From: Camelus dromedarius
Taxonomy: Eukaryota
Assembly (NCBI RefSeq): GCF_036321535.1
Contig: NC_087437.1
Coordinates: forward strand, 24,492,001-24,556,000
DNA length: 64,000 bases
Reading direction: 5' to 3'
Shown one piece after another: positions 1 to 13,150 of the stretch (the first letter of the stretch is position 1; the number at the start of each line of letters is the position of its first letter). Both the position numbers and the translations under genes were made by a program. The notes beneath the pieces are model-generated. The model was not told the origin of the DNA and made no database searches. It saw only the letters and a program-made list of their open reading frames with translations.

Positions 1-1481
1 TGCAGGTTTTCAAAAATAATGTTGAAGTATCCAATGACCCATAGTTCGTGAAATAATAAGCAAAAGAAAATGAAATCACCACATATATTATGGCCAGCTG
101 ATCTCAAATAATAGGTTTCTTTTACTGAGGATCCTGATTGGAGTTATATCAGTTTCATTCCAGAAATATGTGGCCTTTTAGTACTTGGGTCACCCTAATT
201 ACTAAAACCTAAGTAAGACATTCCCATATTCATGCAATCCAGGAATTCTACCTTCTTCTCCAAATTGTAAGCACTGATGTAATGTGATGGAGTAGGTGTC
301 CATGGGAAACCACGAGCTGGTGTCTCCTGGAAGCCACGTCAGGACCAGTCTTGCCGAGGAGTGAGCAGTGTGCACTGTAAGCTCCGAAACAAGTTTCAGA
401 AACATCTCTTCTCCAGACGCCCCCCTTCTGTGCACCTCTAGCTCTGGTATGGCTTTCCTAGCCTTTCACCTTTATAGTACTCCAAGCCACTGACCTTCAT
501 AGAGGATTTTGGATAGTTACATCAGAGTTCCATGTTGTCAAATGACTTATTTAAGATCTGGAAGCTTTTGGCTTTTGCATGTGAGGAATGTGAGTTTTTC
601 AGGGAACAGAGGTCAGCTGCGGTTTCCTAGTGATGGTATGAAGTCTTCATATCAAACATTAGTTCATGTGTGTAACGTGGGTTACAAAGACTCTTCCTTC
701 TGTTCCATAAATGTCTTATTAAAGCATAAAATTTACGAAAGCATGTTTTGCTAATATTGGAGATATTGTAGTAGGATAGTGGGGGAAAGGTAAATGCTAT
801 TCTATACTATTCCATAAAAAAATTCTTTGGAGAAGGAAGTGAAAAGTTAGAGGAGAAAGATGCTGTTACACTTTCTTATGCTTCCAGCTATTAAATCTAG
901 AGAGGAAACAGTTTTCTCCCTAATCCTGACCACCTGCTACTTGTGCACCCACGCCTTCATAAAACATAATTACAAATTACATGTGAAAGAATATTTGTTC
1001 AGGCCAACAAATGAAATTTTTAAGTCACATACTTAAAATAATTTTTGTTTGTAAATATGGCCAAGAATATATGATTAAACCCTTTCTACCACTTCAAAGC
1101 TCACAAAATTAATGTTTGATATCATTTTTAGTAACTCTTTTAAGCATATATTTAGTAAATTTAAAATAAAACATCACAGATCAACTGGAAATATTTTATC
1201 ACTGGCAATTTTAACTGTTCAATGCATGAATGTGTTTAAGAGTCCAACACTGATAAAGGTAAACTTTAAAAAACTCAAGCACTAGATAGATAAAAAAAAA
1301 AAAAAGAGTCCAACACTGAAAGCAACTTAAAAACACATTCAAGTCACTTAAAACCCCAAGAACAAATTGATCAAGTGAAGATTGAGAGCAACGCGTGTCA
1401 GCTGAACGTGTTTCTAGTGGAAGTACATCATTTGAGGGAAGTGTCCTCATGTGGACACTTCTGAGTGGCTGTTTCATTGAA

Positions 1482-1578
1482 CTACATCTGGCAGCCTTGT
1501 TCCTTTTTCTGCACAGCATCTATCCCATTTACTGCATTTTTCCATTTCCTGATTTCAGCATCTATCGTCCTTGCTTTC
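1482..1578 (-). pseudogene. Candidate terminal coding exon: (x)KARTIDAEIRKWKNAVNGIDAVQKKEQGCQM*
   Basis: Strong acceptor ttctctctctaccatag|G. This is the only frame open for more than a few codons, and it ends at TAG (1484-1482). Phase-2 start. Confidence 0.55.
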
Positions 1579-4578
1579 CTATGGTAGAGAGAGAATGGAA
1601 TCTCTTTGTTTATAAAATATAAAGAACCCTGACAGCTTTCCTACAGTCTAAGGAAATTAATTATATTTTAAGAGGATTATAATGAGAGAAAGAAAGAAAA
1701 TATCTTGAAATGGACCTTCTAAAGTCCAAGAATAATCAAAACTGAATCTCACTGAGGAAGAGAAAGCTGATACATCTTTTCCTTTTCAAGACTTTTCTCA
1801 CTTAAAGTTATAGTATCTACACAGCACAGAATGAAATAATAGTTTTCTAATCACTTATGGTGAGAAGAGCTGTTTAAATTTATTCATTTATATTTTAAGA
1901 GAAAAAATGTATATGTAAATATGTTCAGTAAAACCGAATTTTAATTATACTAATTTCAAGGGTAGAAATATTAGCATTATCTTATATTTTTCTACAATCT
2001 GAATTATAGATTTAGCTGATAATTTATTTTTAATACAATGCTAATACTCCAAATCAATACATATCTAATGATTTTTAAATATTCCTGAAAGACATACATA
2101 TGCTATATAAAAGTAAATCAAGTATAGATACATAATTGTTGAGATAAGTAATCTAATTTTTTCACTTTTTAAAAACAAGTGAAATATATGGTAATAAGGT
2201 ACCATAAATGAACTAATAACCACATTGGTCTTAATAATTTTTTAACATTTTTTATGTCCAGACTTTTCTTAGGCATTGTGGCAATAATAAATAGAAGACT
2301 TATTCAAGTTTCTTGAGTTCTTCATTCAAGGCACTTTGTAAACTTCTAGTAGCTGCCACAAACGCAACAAAGGATTTACCTCTTTTGACATATATGCCTG
2401 CTGATACATTTTAATTTTGGTTGGATGTTTAACATTTAAACCTGAGTGAATTAGTAACGGATGTTCAAAAAAACATTTTTATTGCCACCATAATATCATA
2501 GATCACGATAAAGTGAAAAAAAACTAGACAGCAAAAATAGGAAATACGAGTCTTCCTTTTAAGCTCTGTTACCTAAAGGTCTTATGACCATGTCCTTATT
2601 GTCAAGACACACACATTTAAATTGAGGAGATAAGGTCTGAACAGATAAAACACCTACCCAATACCAATGAACAGCATTCAAATAGTCATAACATCTGTAT
2701 GCACCAAAGAGAAAGGTGGTGAGGGGTTAGTGAAGACTGCCTTGAGCTGGGCATTGAGGAAAGCACGTGACTTAGTTTTGGAGAGACAAGAGAGAAATTT
2801 TCAAACACATAGAGCATAATGAAAACAGTTAGGACTGAGCATGATTTATAAGGAGTGGCTCAGAAGAGAATCAGAGCATCACAGTTACTGTAAAATTTGA
2901 GGAAACCTGATAACATGCAGAATTTTAGTTTTCTTAGGATAACAAACCAAGAAGCATATGCTTTAGTGCAGCAAATAACTGAATTAAAAATGAGTAATTT
3001 TTAAATTTAAATAAAACAAATATTTACATATAAAAACAGATTTGCAAAGGTTATCTTTCTATGTATCCAAAATACACATATTCCTTAGTAACAGAAACCA
3101 AGGGATCATATCACATATTTCATGCATTTCCCCCAGTGTTAGAATCAATGAGAAAGCAAATGAATTAAGGACTCTAAATTAATTTAGCATTGCAAAATAA
3201 TTTGCTGCCTTGAAGCGTAACTGCAGTGGAAGAAGTCAAAGTAGTGAGGACTGTGGTCACCATTCTTCTTAGGGGAATACATCACGATATGTCAGTCTCT
3301 ACTTTATTCTTCCAACATTTTTGTTATTATAAGACACCAGCCAGAAAGCTAAATAAACCTGTACAACATTTTTAAGACTATTCCTAATAAGATGGCCTCA
3401 CTTTCAGACTTCCATACTTTGATCAGATACATAAAGGTTAAAATCATTTTGTTGGATAATGCTTTCTTCAATAGTTACATAAACAAAGCAATAAAATTAG
3501 GAAGCATAGAAGAACATATTATTAAACTGCTATTATAATTTTAATATCCTTGAGCTTTATAATGGAAAACAAAACATATTTTGATAGCAAGAAAACAAAA
3601 CATATTAAAAGTTTAGACCCAAAGAGGTGGTAATTTTCATTCCTAAAGTGTTTGGCTTATATTTGCCTTAACATTTAATCCTAACACCTAATTAAAATGA
3701 GAATTTCATTTAAACATATTTCTGTAGTCTACATTTTAGTTTATCTCTGATAAATGTATGTTCTGTAATATTTCCACTCAAGATGAATAAAAAGCCTATA
3801 TGTTTTAGGTATAGAAGTAGGGTTTCCTGGTTGCCATCAAAATATTTTATTGGCTTTTTGAAATGTGATTTCATATAATGTAAAATCCATTTTAATTTTT
3901 GCTTTGATACTATATAATATTTTAAAACACATTCAAAAGGTAAGAGTAACATGATGCTAGATTCAGAAGAAAAGTTTAGGTCACCGGCCATTTCTTCTTT
4001 TTTCTTCACTTTGACCTACTAAGGATACAGACTGACAACTCTTAGAAAGTTCTAAGAGTCTGAAGGAAGTTTTATTAATAATAAATCCAGTTCTTTTAAA
4101 TGGTCAATATTGAATATATCATTTAAATATTAAAGCACATTGATTTCTCCTTAGTATTAGACCCTCATATATATATAAGTTCATAATGTTAAAAAAAAAA
4201 ACAAATGTAAAACTCTAGTGAATTTCTAAAACTTTTCTCCATTAGCATAAAATTATCATTGGTTTGTTTTAAATAACATATGCAAAAGAATTACTTTTCT
4301 GACTTCGGTAACATTTTTATTGATTTCTTTCTATGACAGTGAAATAATTCCAAAAAGTAAAATTATCCAGAAATTTTATAAAATTCTCAAAGACTGTAAG
4401 CCCCTGAACCTCTTCTCAACACCTAGCAATGTTCATCTTGCCTTTATAGGCACTGTTTTGATGCTCTGACTGAAAATGTAGTGCCAATTTTTTTAAAGGG
4501 AAAGCTTTCTCAAACTCACTCTATATTCTTTATTCTTAATTATTTATTCCAACAGAGAGCACTATTTCATTCTCTTAC

Positions 4579-4627
4579 ATTCTCTTTTTATTGTCATATT
4601 GAAATTCTTAAGTTGGTTTCAATACCT
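4579..4627 (-). pseudogene. Candidate exon (Q)VLKPT*EFQYDNKKR(M)
   Basis: Acceptor aatgtag| has a weak pyrimidine tract; donor AAT|GTAAGA. Phase 1 to 2 exactly bridges exons 9793-9938 and 1482-1578. One TAA at 4610-4608. Confidence 0.45.
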
Positions 4628-7600
4628 CTACATTAAATTTAGGACTTTTCAATATATTAGCATTCAAATAAGATCAACCTAAACAGTGTAAGCCAATTCT
4701 AGGTTGCAGTGAGATGTTAGAAAATGAGAAATGAAAGGAGTAACATCTGGAACTTTAAAAAGCAATAAGTATATGTCCTTCTTTCAGTAAATCCCCATTT
4801 ACCGGTGTCATTGGCAATTGATAATTTCCATCTAAAATAGATTACTTTTATATCATTATATTTCCAAAATGCACAAATGATTTGCTTTTCTACACTTGTC
4901 TGAACTATTACTTATTTATAGTAAAAAGTAATCTTTATGATTTCAGGCTTTTATTCGAAATTCATATTTCATGATATGACATTGACTAGTTGGGAACACT
5001 GTGCAATACTTATATTTACTTCACATTAATATATATTTTCAGGAACTTGAGTTACAGGAATATAACTAATATTGACTATTACAGCGCTTAACATGCTTAA
5101 TTAAATAAATCTCTATTTGTAAAATAGAGGAAAATGTGCGTGACTAGTACTGCAAATTTCAGTTTTAAGAAAAAATGGATGTATTTTCTACTCGCTCAGA
5201 GATACAAGAGAAAAATTTATCTTGTGTATTATCTAATAGGCCTTCCAGAACTAAAGACCACAGGAGGTAAGGCTAACAAAATTAATATGCAAAGAAGCTC
5301 AACACTAGGGACCTATAATTTTCTTGCAAATGGTTTCGCTTTAAGGATGAAACAACACAAGACAATACCAATTTCTTTCTTTTTTTTGCAAATAGATGAA
5401 GCTTTAAAAAAAAATTAACACATGACAGCAGGTGGGAAGAATCTAGACAAGTGGATATTCAAAGTAGGGGGAATCTAAATTTGATTTGCCTAACATTTCA
5501 TAAACTAATTTGAATTCATTGGTATGTCTTTAAAAAACCAACTTGGGCAGATATATTAATTAATGAAGGCTTGGTTATCTGGTTATCTGTCAGACTAGAG
5601 ATAAACACTTAGTAGACTTGGTGAGCCAGTATATCTTTATGACCATGAAAGGGTTTACAGAAATAATGTTGGTAGAACTTAACTCACTTAAAAGGTTTGT
5701 GAGCATTTTATCTGTAATTTCTTTACCTGTGATCCTTCCACTTAACATACTAATATGTTATTGATTACAAATAATCTAGGTAAATTAATGGATAAACAAT
5801 CTCCACACCCATTTTAAGTATTCACTTTACCTGGATTTTTTAAAGGTCAAGCAGAAAATGATACAGTAACATTTTATTTTTATTTTTTGATACAGTGACA
5901 TTTTAAACAAACAGTGTAATTTTCCTCAATCTTCAAAGGCAATAAGTTAAAATCAAATAATTTGCTTTCACTTAGGGAATTAGCTCATCTTTAGATGGTA
6001 TTTTCATCTTTGTTCTTATCAACCCCTGTAAGTGTTATCTATGATACAGTAAAGAGTTCACTGTTGCTAAATTTGTTAAGTGTATTCCTGCACCCCAGGA
6101 ATGATTTGGTGCTATACTGTTCCTATCAATTTAAAACATGTTAGTGTCAGAAAAGCTTTGAAACTAACAAATCAGTTCAGAATAATTTGAAATTTTTAAA
6201 ATCTGTGCTTTCAAGGAAAAAGAACAGTATGTCAGATTGAAGATCTTATTTCAACTTTCTCTCATAATTTGATTTTCTGATATTCCAAAAATGATGTGCT
6301 GTGACAATAAATAGTTTATATTCTAACAACACTAAGGAAAGGGAACAAAATCACTTGCATTTGGATTGTGAATTCTTGTGTGAATAAATAATCAAATTTA
6401 ATTGGTTAATGATCTGCAAATCAAAGACCATTTAATGGAGCAAATTTGGAGATTCTGTTGTTTTAATAATTGGCTTAAAAAAACTTAAAACAGTTGATAT
6501 TGAAACAGTAATATTTTTTTGAGGTAACAGAAAAAATAATAATTTTGCTACTTTGTGTAGTCGTTTTGGTCTTCTTCATTAAACACATCAGACACACTTT
6601 TACTTCTTAATGGTGAATTTATAATCAAAGATATTAATATACTACATTAATGTAGTGTAATGCCGTGCTTTACAACAGTGTACTAGAAAAGTCTAAATGA
6701 TTTATACCCCAGGGAAGAGTTGGTGCTATCAATTTAAAGTGTTTAATATACATTTATTTAAATGTGAAGTTGCACTTTGCCTGAGGAATGAGTATTTAAA
6801 TTGACAGCCTAATAAAATTCCTAAGTAATGTAGTCTTTTCCCCCCATTTACTTATTAGTCATATTTAAAATCATTCATTTAGGAGACACCAGAAAAGCAT
6901 GTGAACTAATTGTTTAGGGATACAATAATTGTTTAGGGAATTAAACGTTAATTCTATGGCTATCTTCTTTTTTATCGTAAATGTAGAGCTTTGACCTTTA
7001 ATCTTACTTATTGAGAGCAAACAAATTTCTGGATTAGTGGCCCCAAATGACTGGTACCATAAATAGGAACAGCCAGAATATTTTAAGTAAATAATACATA
7101 TCATTAGCATTATATAGAACTGTCCAAAGGTTAAATCCAAATGTCAATTTTTAAGCTAAAAACCAAGTGTTTTATTATAAAATCATAAAATAGTCTGAGT
7201 TAAGATATGAAAAAATCCTTTTATGAAAACATTTTCCATAGTTGAAACTTCACACATTGCTATTTTTTTTTATATTTTCATAATTTATGGGTCTTGATAA
7301 ATTTAATTGTTGTAGACATCATAAAATTGAATTACTTTTCATGCAATCAAATTAGTTACATTAATTATTTGCTGGAGTTATAAATATGGAAATGCAGTAA
7401 AGAAACAGTTTTCAGCTTTTCCAAATAAACAATTACAAAACCATTTTCCTTCTGTTTTGGACAAAATGGAAATTTTCCTACTAAGCAGGTAGAAATTTTA
7501 AATAACATTAATTTAACGTGTCAATTATATGCTTTATTTTGCCCTCACCAGGAGTTACCTACTCATCAGCCAAAATCTACACAAGTATCAACACTATGTG

Positions 7601-7742
7601 TAGTAGATTTCTACACCATTTGTAACACATCAGTCTCTGAAATCTAGTGGAATTGCCCGTGTGCAAAGGTTTCAATTAGTTATAGTACTGCTTCCCACTC
7701 CCCATCTCCTTAGGGACTTCATGGCTAGAAACTGAGAAAACT

Positions 7743-7744
<2 letters not shown>

Positions 7745-7786
<42 letters not shown>
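7745..7786. repeat. (CA)21 microsatellite
   Basis: Direct reading. Confidence 0.98.
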
Positions 7787-7789
<3 letters not shown>

Positions 7790-9792
7790 TAATGTTAAAT
7801 TTTCAGAGATTGCTAAGTGGTAACCCTATTGGGTAAATCCAGCCATCAGAAGGTTTTGCTTTGGCCTCATAGTGGTTTTTAAATTTCTCAATTTGCTTGC
7901 ATCTAAGCAGGCCTGCCCTTGCTGGTTAGTTCATCCCAAGCGCATCATTCCCCTGTGGTTGTATATTGGCACAATTCACACAGTGACAGGTGCATGCAGA
8001 TATTTGGATTTGTTACCCCTGCTTTGGCCTGACATGTATCATGTTCTCACCAAAAAAAAGATTGGATCCTCCTGACTTAGAGAAAGGTTTGTTGTTTTCA
8101 ATCTATCCTTTCCAGTCACTTTTTTCAGATCCTAAAATTATTCCCTGCTTCTTTCCTAACCCTGATGGTTGACTCCTTATGAAGACAACTTTATTTTTAT
8201 TAACCTAAAATGTAGCCACCGCAACCTGGTCAAAAGTATCAGCCATAGTGAATAGAAGAAGCAGCCAAAAAAATACTGCCATGCGGAAATATCACTTATC
8301 GCTGTAAAAGATTACAAAAGCTAAACTTTGAGAGAGGTATTACATGTCTGTTGTTTATCAAGTAGAATATTAAATTGTTTTTCCTTCAGCAGAAAACATT
8401 AATAGCCACTTCGTGTTTCTGCTGGAAGCGGTCAAATACTGTTGTCTTGATAGAGAAGATTCTTATGAAATTTTCCTAACACTGTGTACCACCAAAAATT
8501 TCATTCTGTACCTAAACAGTAAGTTCAGGAGTGTCTCAAAGTGTCTTTTTTAAATATTTTTTTCATAAAAACTTATACAGTCATGTGGTATAACTGTAAA
8601 CCACTTTTAACACATAAGACTGAAGATGATAAAAATCACATCTTTGTGTGTGCTTACTTATATTGCAGTCATGTAAATATTAATCATCTTTTCAAGTCTT
8701 TGAAAGGAATAATTCATATCTATTTTCCAGCTTTAACTTGTGTCTATATTTAATTCTTTCTTAATGATGAAATATATTTAAAATTTGTCTGAGGTCCATT
8801 GGACTTTCAGACAACATAAACATATGTACATCACAGCATACTTTTGTAGACAAACTATATGAGAGTCTTAAAAAGTCAGAAGTATTTTATTAAAAGTGTA
8901 CTCTCATAAAGTCATCATTTTTCCCATTTTCAAAGAGGAAATTGACAGGATGAAACCTTATTCATTCGTTGCTGAGGAATACAGCACCCGAATGTCTTCC
9001 TGGAATCAATGTAAATGTGCTAATTTATAACAATATTGGGTTAAATAAATTTTGCTGTTGGTATAGTGTAATGTTCTTTTGTGATAAATGCCATTGATTT
9101 GCTATTTACTTTTCAATTGATTTTATTTGCCAAATTATATACCAAACAGTCCCATGGGCTTACTGAATATATGAGGGCTAACAATGAAAAATGTGCATAG
9201 TTTTAGCACCAACTTTGTAAATTGCCTTAATAATAGCTGGTATAATGTAATAGTATTTTCAACCAGTACTTTTAATTTCTAGCTCATAAAGCCTTTCCAT
9301 TGAACCCCAAGGGTGTAGCTATAAAAGTAAGATTTAATTTTGTATATAATGTGGCCTAAATTAGCTTTAAAGCAATAGGAGAAACATGCAGTTACAAAAG
9401 ATAGGCTGAAATTATTATAACTTGATATAAATTTCTGTAACAAAATTAATTATTACTTCAACTGTAATATCATTTGAAGTGAAAATTTAAGTCCCTTTAG
9501 AATAAATACTTTAAATCTTATTCTTTTTAAAACTGTAACAAATGTATGGGAAACCTTCCTGGACATACAGTAAGAAGAAACCATTGGCCAAACCTGTTTT
9601 TACCATACGTTCAAGAGACCAGGTGGTCATAAAGGCCAGAGACACAGGGATAATGTTAACCTTCTTAAAATATCTCTTTGCTGTACCAATTTCCTGCTAA
9701 TTATTTGCCCTTTGAGTCAAAACAAAGAAATGCAGTATTGTACTTTGGTTCCAGATATTTGTATATAAGGAATAAACTATGAACTTTCTTAC

Positions 9793-9938
9793 GTTTGTAC
9801 GGTGCTTTACGACTGATAGTAAGCTCCTCTTTGTGTGAATGCTTATGGCAAGTATTATTATCTGTCTCATGGGTGAATGAGCTTAGTACATCGTCCAACC
9901 CTACCTCATTAAGAAGACTAGCATAGATGCCAGGTAAA
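9793..9938 (-). pseudogene. Candidate exon LPGIYASLLNEVGLDDVLSSFTHETDNNTCHKHSHKEELTISRKAPYK
   Basis: Acceptor cattcctcaaaaattacag|, donor AAC|GTAAGA. 146 nt, open in one frame, phase 2 to 1. Confidence 0.55.
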
Positions 9939-10966
9939 CTGTAATTTTTGAGGAATGTAATAAAGTGATAATAATTCGTTCTGGGAAAAACACACGTATA
10001 CTTGTAGAATTGGACAATCAATTAAAGTTAAAGTTTGATACCAATTATAAAACTGGACAATCAATTTTAATACACTAGCAGTATTTCAGATCTTTTTTAA
10101 ATGACCCGTAACTTGCTTCTTTTTATATTTCTAAAATAAAAAAGAGAAAAAAATTAGTAAGTCATGGCCATTCTTATTAAAGCGAATGCTGGCTACACAA
10201 ATGGGTACACAATACAAGTCCTTGACATTTGTTGACCAGTATCTTTACATTCAAGACACATGTGTAGATAGAGTTCTCTTTTAAATAAATTTTTGATCTT
10301 AAAAGTGACAAGAAATATTGTGAAACAGAAATATTTATTTTAAATTGGCACTGCAATTTTATTCCTTTCCCTTCTAAATCTTGGAGATAATCTTTCATTT
10401 GTGTTTTGAAGTCTTAGAATATTTCATTTCAAAAAAGAGGCAGAAATAATATAAAAGAAAGTATCACTCAAACTAAGAGCCCAATTTCTGAGTTTTAGAG
10501 TCAGATAACAAATGAGACTAACTTCAGCAAGTCATTTCCTGTTCCAGGGCCTAGATTTCTAAAGCTATAACCCCAAATAATTGGAATATAGAAATTCTAA
10601 AGACCATACACAGTTCCAAAATTTGTACAGCTATATTAAAAAAAAAAAAAGCATTAACTTTTTTCCAGAATAGCTGCTTTCCTATCTTTGTTAGTTTAAT
10701 TCATTCTTCCCCAAAAAGGAAATTGTCATATTCTTTAACACTATCAAATTTTGAAATTAGTGCATACCAAAAAATGGATAATGGGAGGGTGGTAAAGTAT
10801 TTGGAAGCATGTGTTCAAAAGTTAACATTCTTCATGTGGAGTGGGGAATTTCCGCAAGAAATGTTCATTCATCCAATAAACATGGGAGATACTGAAATCT
10901 TACTGATCTTAAAGTAACAAAAGATACATGTTACTTATCTTACTGTCACAATAAAATGAGACATAC

Positions 10967-11029
10967 TTTAAAGCATGATGTGAGAATAAGCTAAAAATAT
11001 TTTTTAAAAGATGGTCATTGCTACAGATG
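10967..11029 (-). pseudogene. Candidate exon ICSNDHLLKNIFSLFSHHAL
   Basis: Acceptor tcctgctttgtttag|, donor AAA|GTATGT. 63 nt, phase 2 to 2, compatible with the next exon. The true 5' boundary may lie further upstream. Confidence 0.4.
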
Positions 11030-12599
11030 CTAAACAAAGCAGGACTTGAAGAGACCAGGTCTGCCTGGGGCAGCCTATCTGGCAGGAGCGGAACTCTCCC
11101 CATGTGGATCACATGGCACCAGAACAGCATTGGAAAGGCCAGGCTCTGAGCTCACTGACTGAAAAAGCCTGACATGGTATTAATTTATTACCAATCTGGG
11201 GGCTTTTCTTTCCCTTACTCATTTTTTTTTCTGGCTTGTCTTTAACCGAACATTTAATTTGTTTAGACGCTGTGATTATGCTTTGGTCACATTTGGCAAT
11301 GGGAACGACCTGGAAAGCTTAGAGGGAATACATTATGGTGCCATAAATTTAAGATGGAAGTATGTTTTTGTATTTCTGCCAGGAATATCAGACAGCAAGT
11401 TACTGTTCAAAAATCTGCGTTCTCCGTCTGCTCTGCTAATACAAGGGTGGGTGGTCCTGAGGTCATCTCATTCCATCCTCTAAAAGACAATCACTATTCC
11501 TGATGTGTCCCACATCTTTCCTGATGTCCAAGTTTGGGGGGATTTTCTTTCCATCACTGAATTGATTTAATCAATAAACGTGTGCAGTGTTTGTTTTGTT
11601 TTAATTTTCTCTGGCACCAACAGAGATTTCTCAGAGCCCTAACGTTTCATATCTATAAACTCCTGGCAGAAGTTACACATTCCACACCTGAGGTGGGATG
11701 CCTGCATTCTCCCAGCCCTAGACCGTGAAGAATGTGTTCCTGATCTGCATGTGCATCCCGGCTGCCTGCAAGATAAAGAGGGATTCAGGCATAAAGACTG
11801 GGAATTCCCATGAAGAGACAAAAACAAATGATGTGGTTCAAAGGAGAAGTTGTTACAAGGAGAGATGCATTCCTGATGTTGTGCAAAGGATTGGAACTTT
11901 CGCTACCCTGCAGAAGTTGCCTGAGAGCAGTTACATGCGCCAATTCAACGTCTCCATGAGTTATCTGACTCACAAGTGTTTATTGTGAAAAGATATGTTG
12001 CCTGGCAACAGCTTTTACATGGTGCAACTGACTTTTCTGCACTTCTAAAAAGATGTTTTATTCATTAGTTGCCTTCCTTGGTTTATTTGTGTGGGTATAC
12101 CCTCCCTTCCTGTATCAATTGCTACATCTGGTTGTGAACATCTCCTTTTGCTTCTAGGCTAAATGTGCCATTGTTCACGACTTCTATGTATACACATTCA
12201 TACAAAGAATAGGAAACGCAGTGGCTGAGGAGGCTGTTTTCTGTTATGTGGGGAACAGGCAGCCATCATTGGAAACTATGTTACATTATATCAAAAATGT
12301 TCTTAGCATTTAAAAGTGTTTTCTAAAATTCAGACTATTAATAGGTGAAGAGAGAGAAAGGCACAGGTTGTGTGACCATCACTATTGGGTTGTATTCCAA
12401 ATGTCTACCCATCACAGGGAGCTCTGGAGATATAAAAATATATACATCAAATGAGGTGTTTTAGATTTCAGGTTGCCACAAGCTTTATTTATCCCACATT
12501 TCGCTGGGGAAAATACTGGCAGTGTGATAACCAACCCCTCTGCATCTCCTCCCCGGCTCCAACTGACCAAAGCAAGCCAGTCATCACACCTGCAAGTCT

Positions 12600-12880
12600 T
12601 GAAGTCTCAAAGAGCCTCTAGTTCCATTCAAAGAATTTTCATTCAGAGATTATTTTGTCCGAGCAGTTTTTTAAGCCAACTAGAAACCACAAAGTGTTAT
12701 ATGACTTTGCTAACGTCACACGACTGCCTAGTAATTCAGGTCATGCAAGCACAGTCTTGTGCTGCACTTTCAACAGCATCATGAAATCTTCCTTCTTTTG
12801 ATTTACAGTGAAGCATGAATACCATTTCTGAAGAAAGTCTAATGCTACAGAAGAAGCAAATCTGGCTACGAGGACTACCT
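12600..12880 (-). pseudogene. Candidate decayed exon ...FASSVALDFLQKWYSCFTVNQKKEDFMMLLK...
   Basis: Reads like the C-terminal helices of an RGS22-type domain. Contains stops; boundaries uncertain. Confidence 0.3.
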
Positions 12881-12949
12881 AATACTGCAGCTTACACAAG
12901 TGCTAGAGATTCTGCTACTGGTCATAGTCATTGTAAAAAAAAAAAAAAA

Positions 12950-13150
12950 ACTAATATATATTTAGTATTTATCACATGCCAGCACTACCTTGTATACACT
13001 GTCCCATTCAGGCCTCACAACCTTAGAAGGAGAGCATTATTATACCCATTTTACAGAAGAACTTTAAAAGCTGGAGAAGTTTGCTCAAATCCATGAAGCT
13101 AACAAACAGAACAAAGCTGGCATTTGCACCTGAGCATTTAACTGTGCCCT
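12950..13150 (-). mobile_element. MIR SINE
   Basis: attattatacccattttacagaagaa core, antisense MIR. Confidence 0.7.

Noticed and set aside
1..110. Open minus-strand frames at the window start
   Set aside because: No convincing acceptor or recognisable peptide, and they lie downstream of the candidate stop.
1482..1496. C-terminal GCQM as a CAAX prenylation signal
   Set aside because: The Cys is third, not fourth, from the end.
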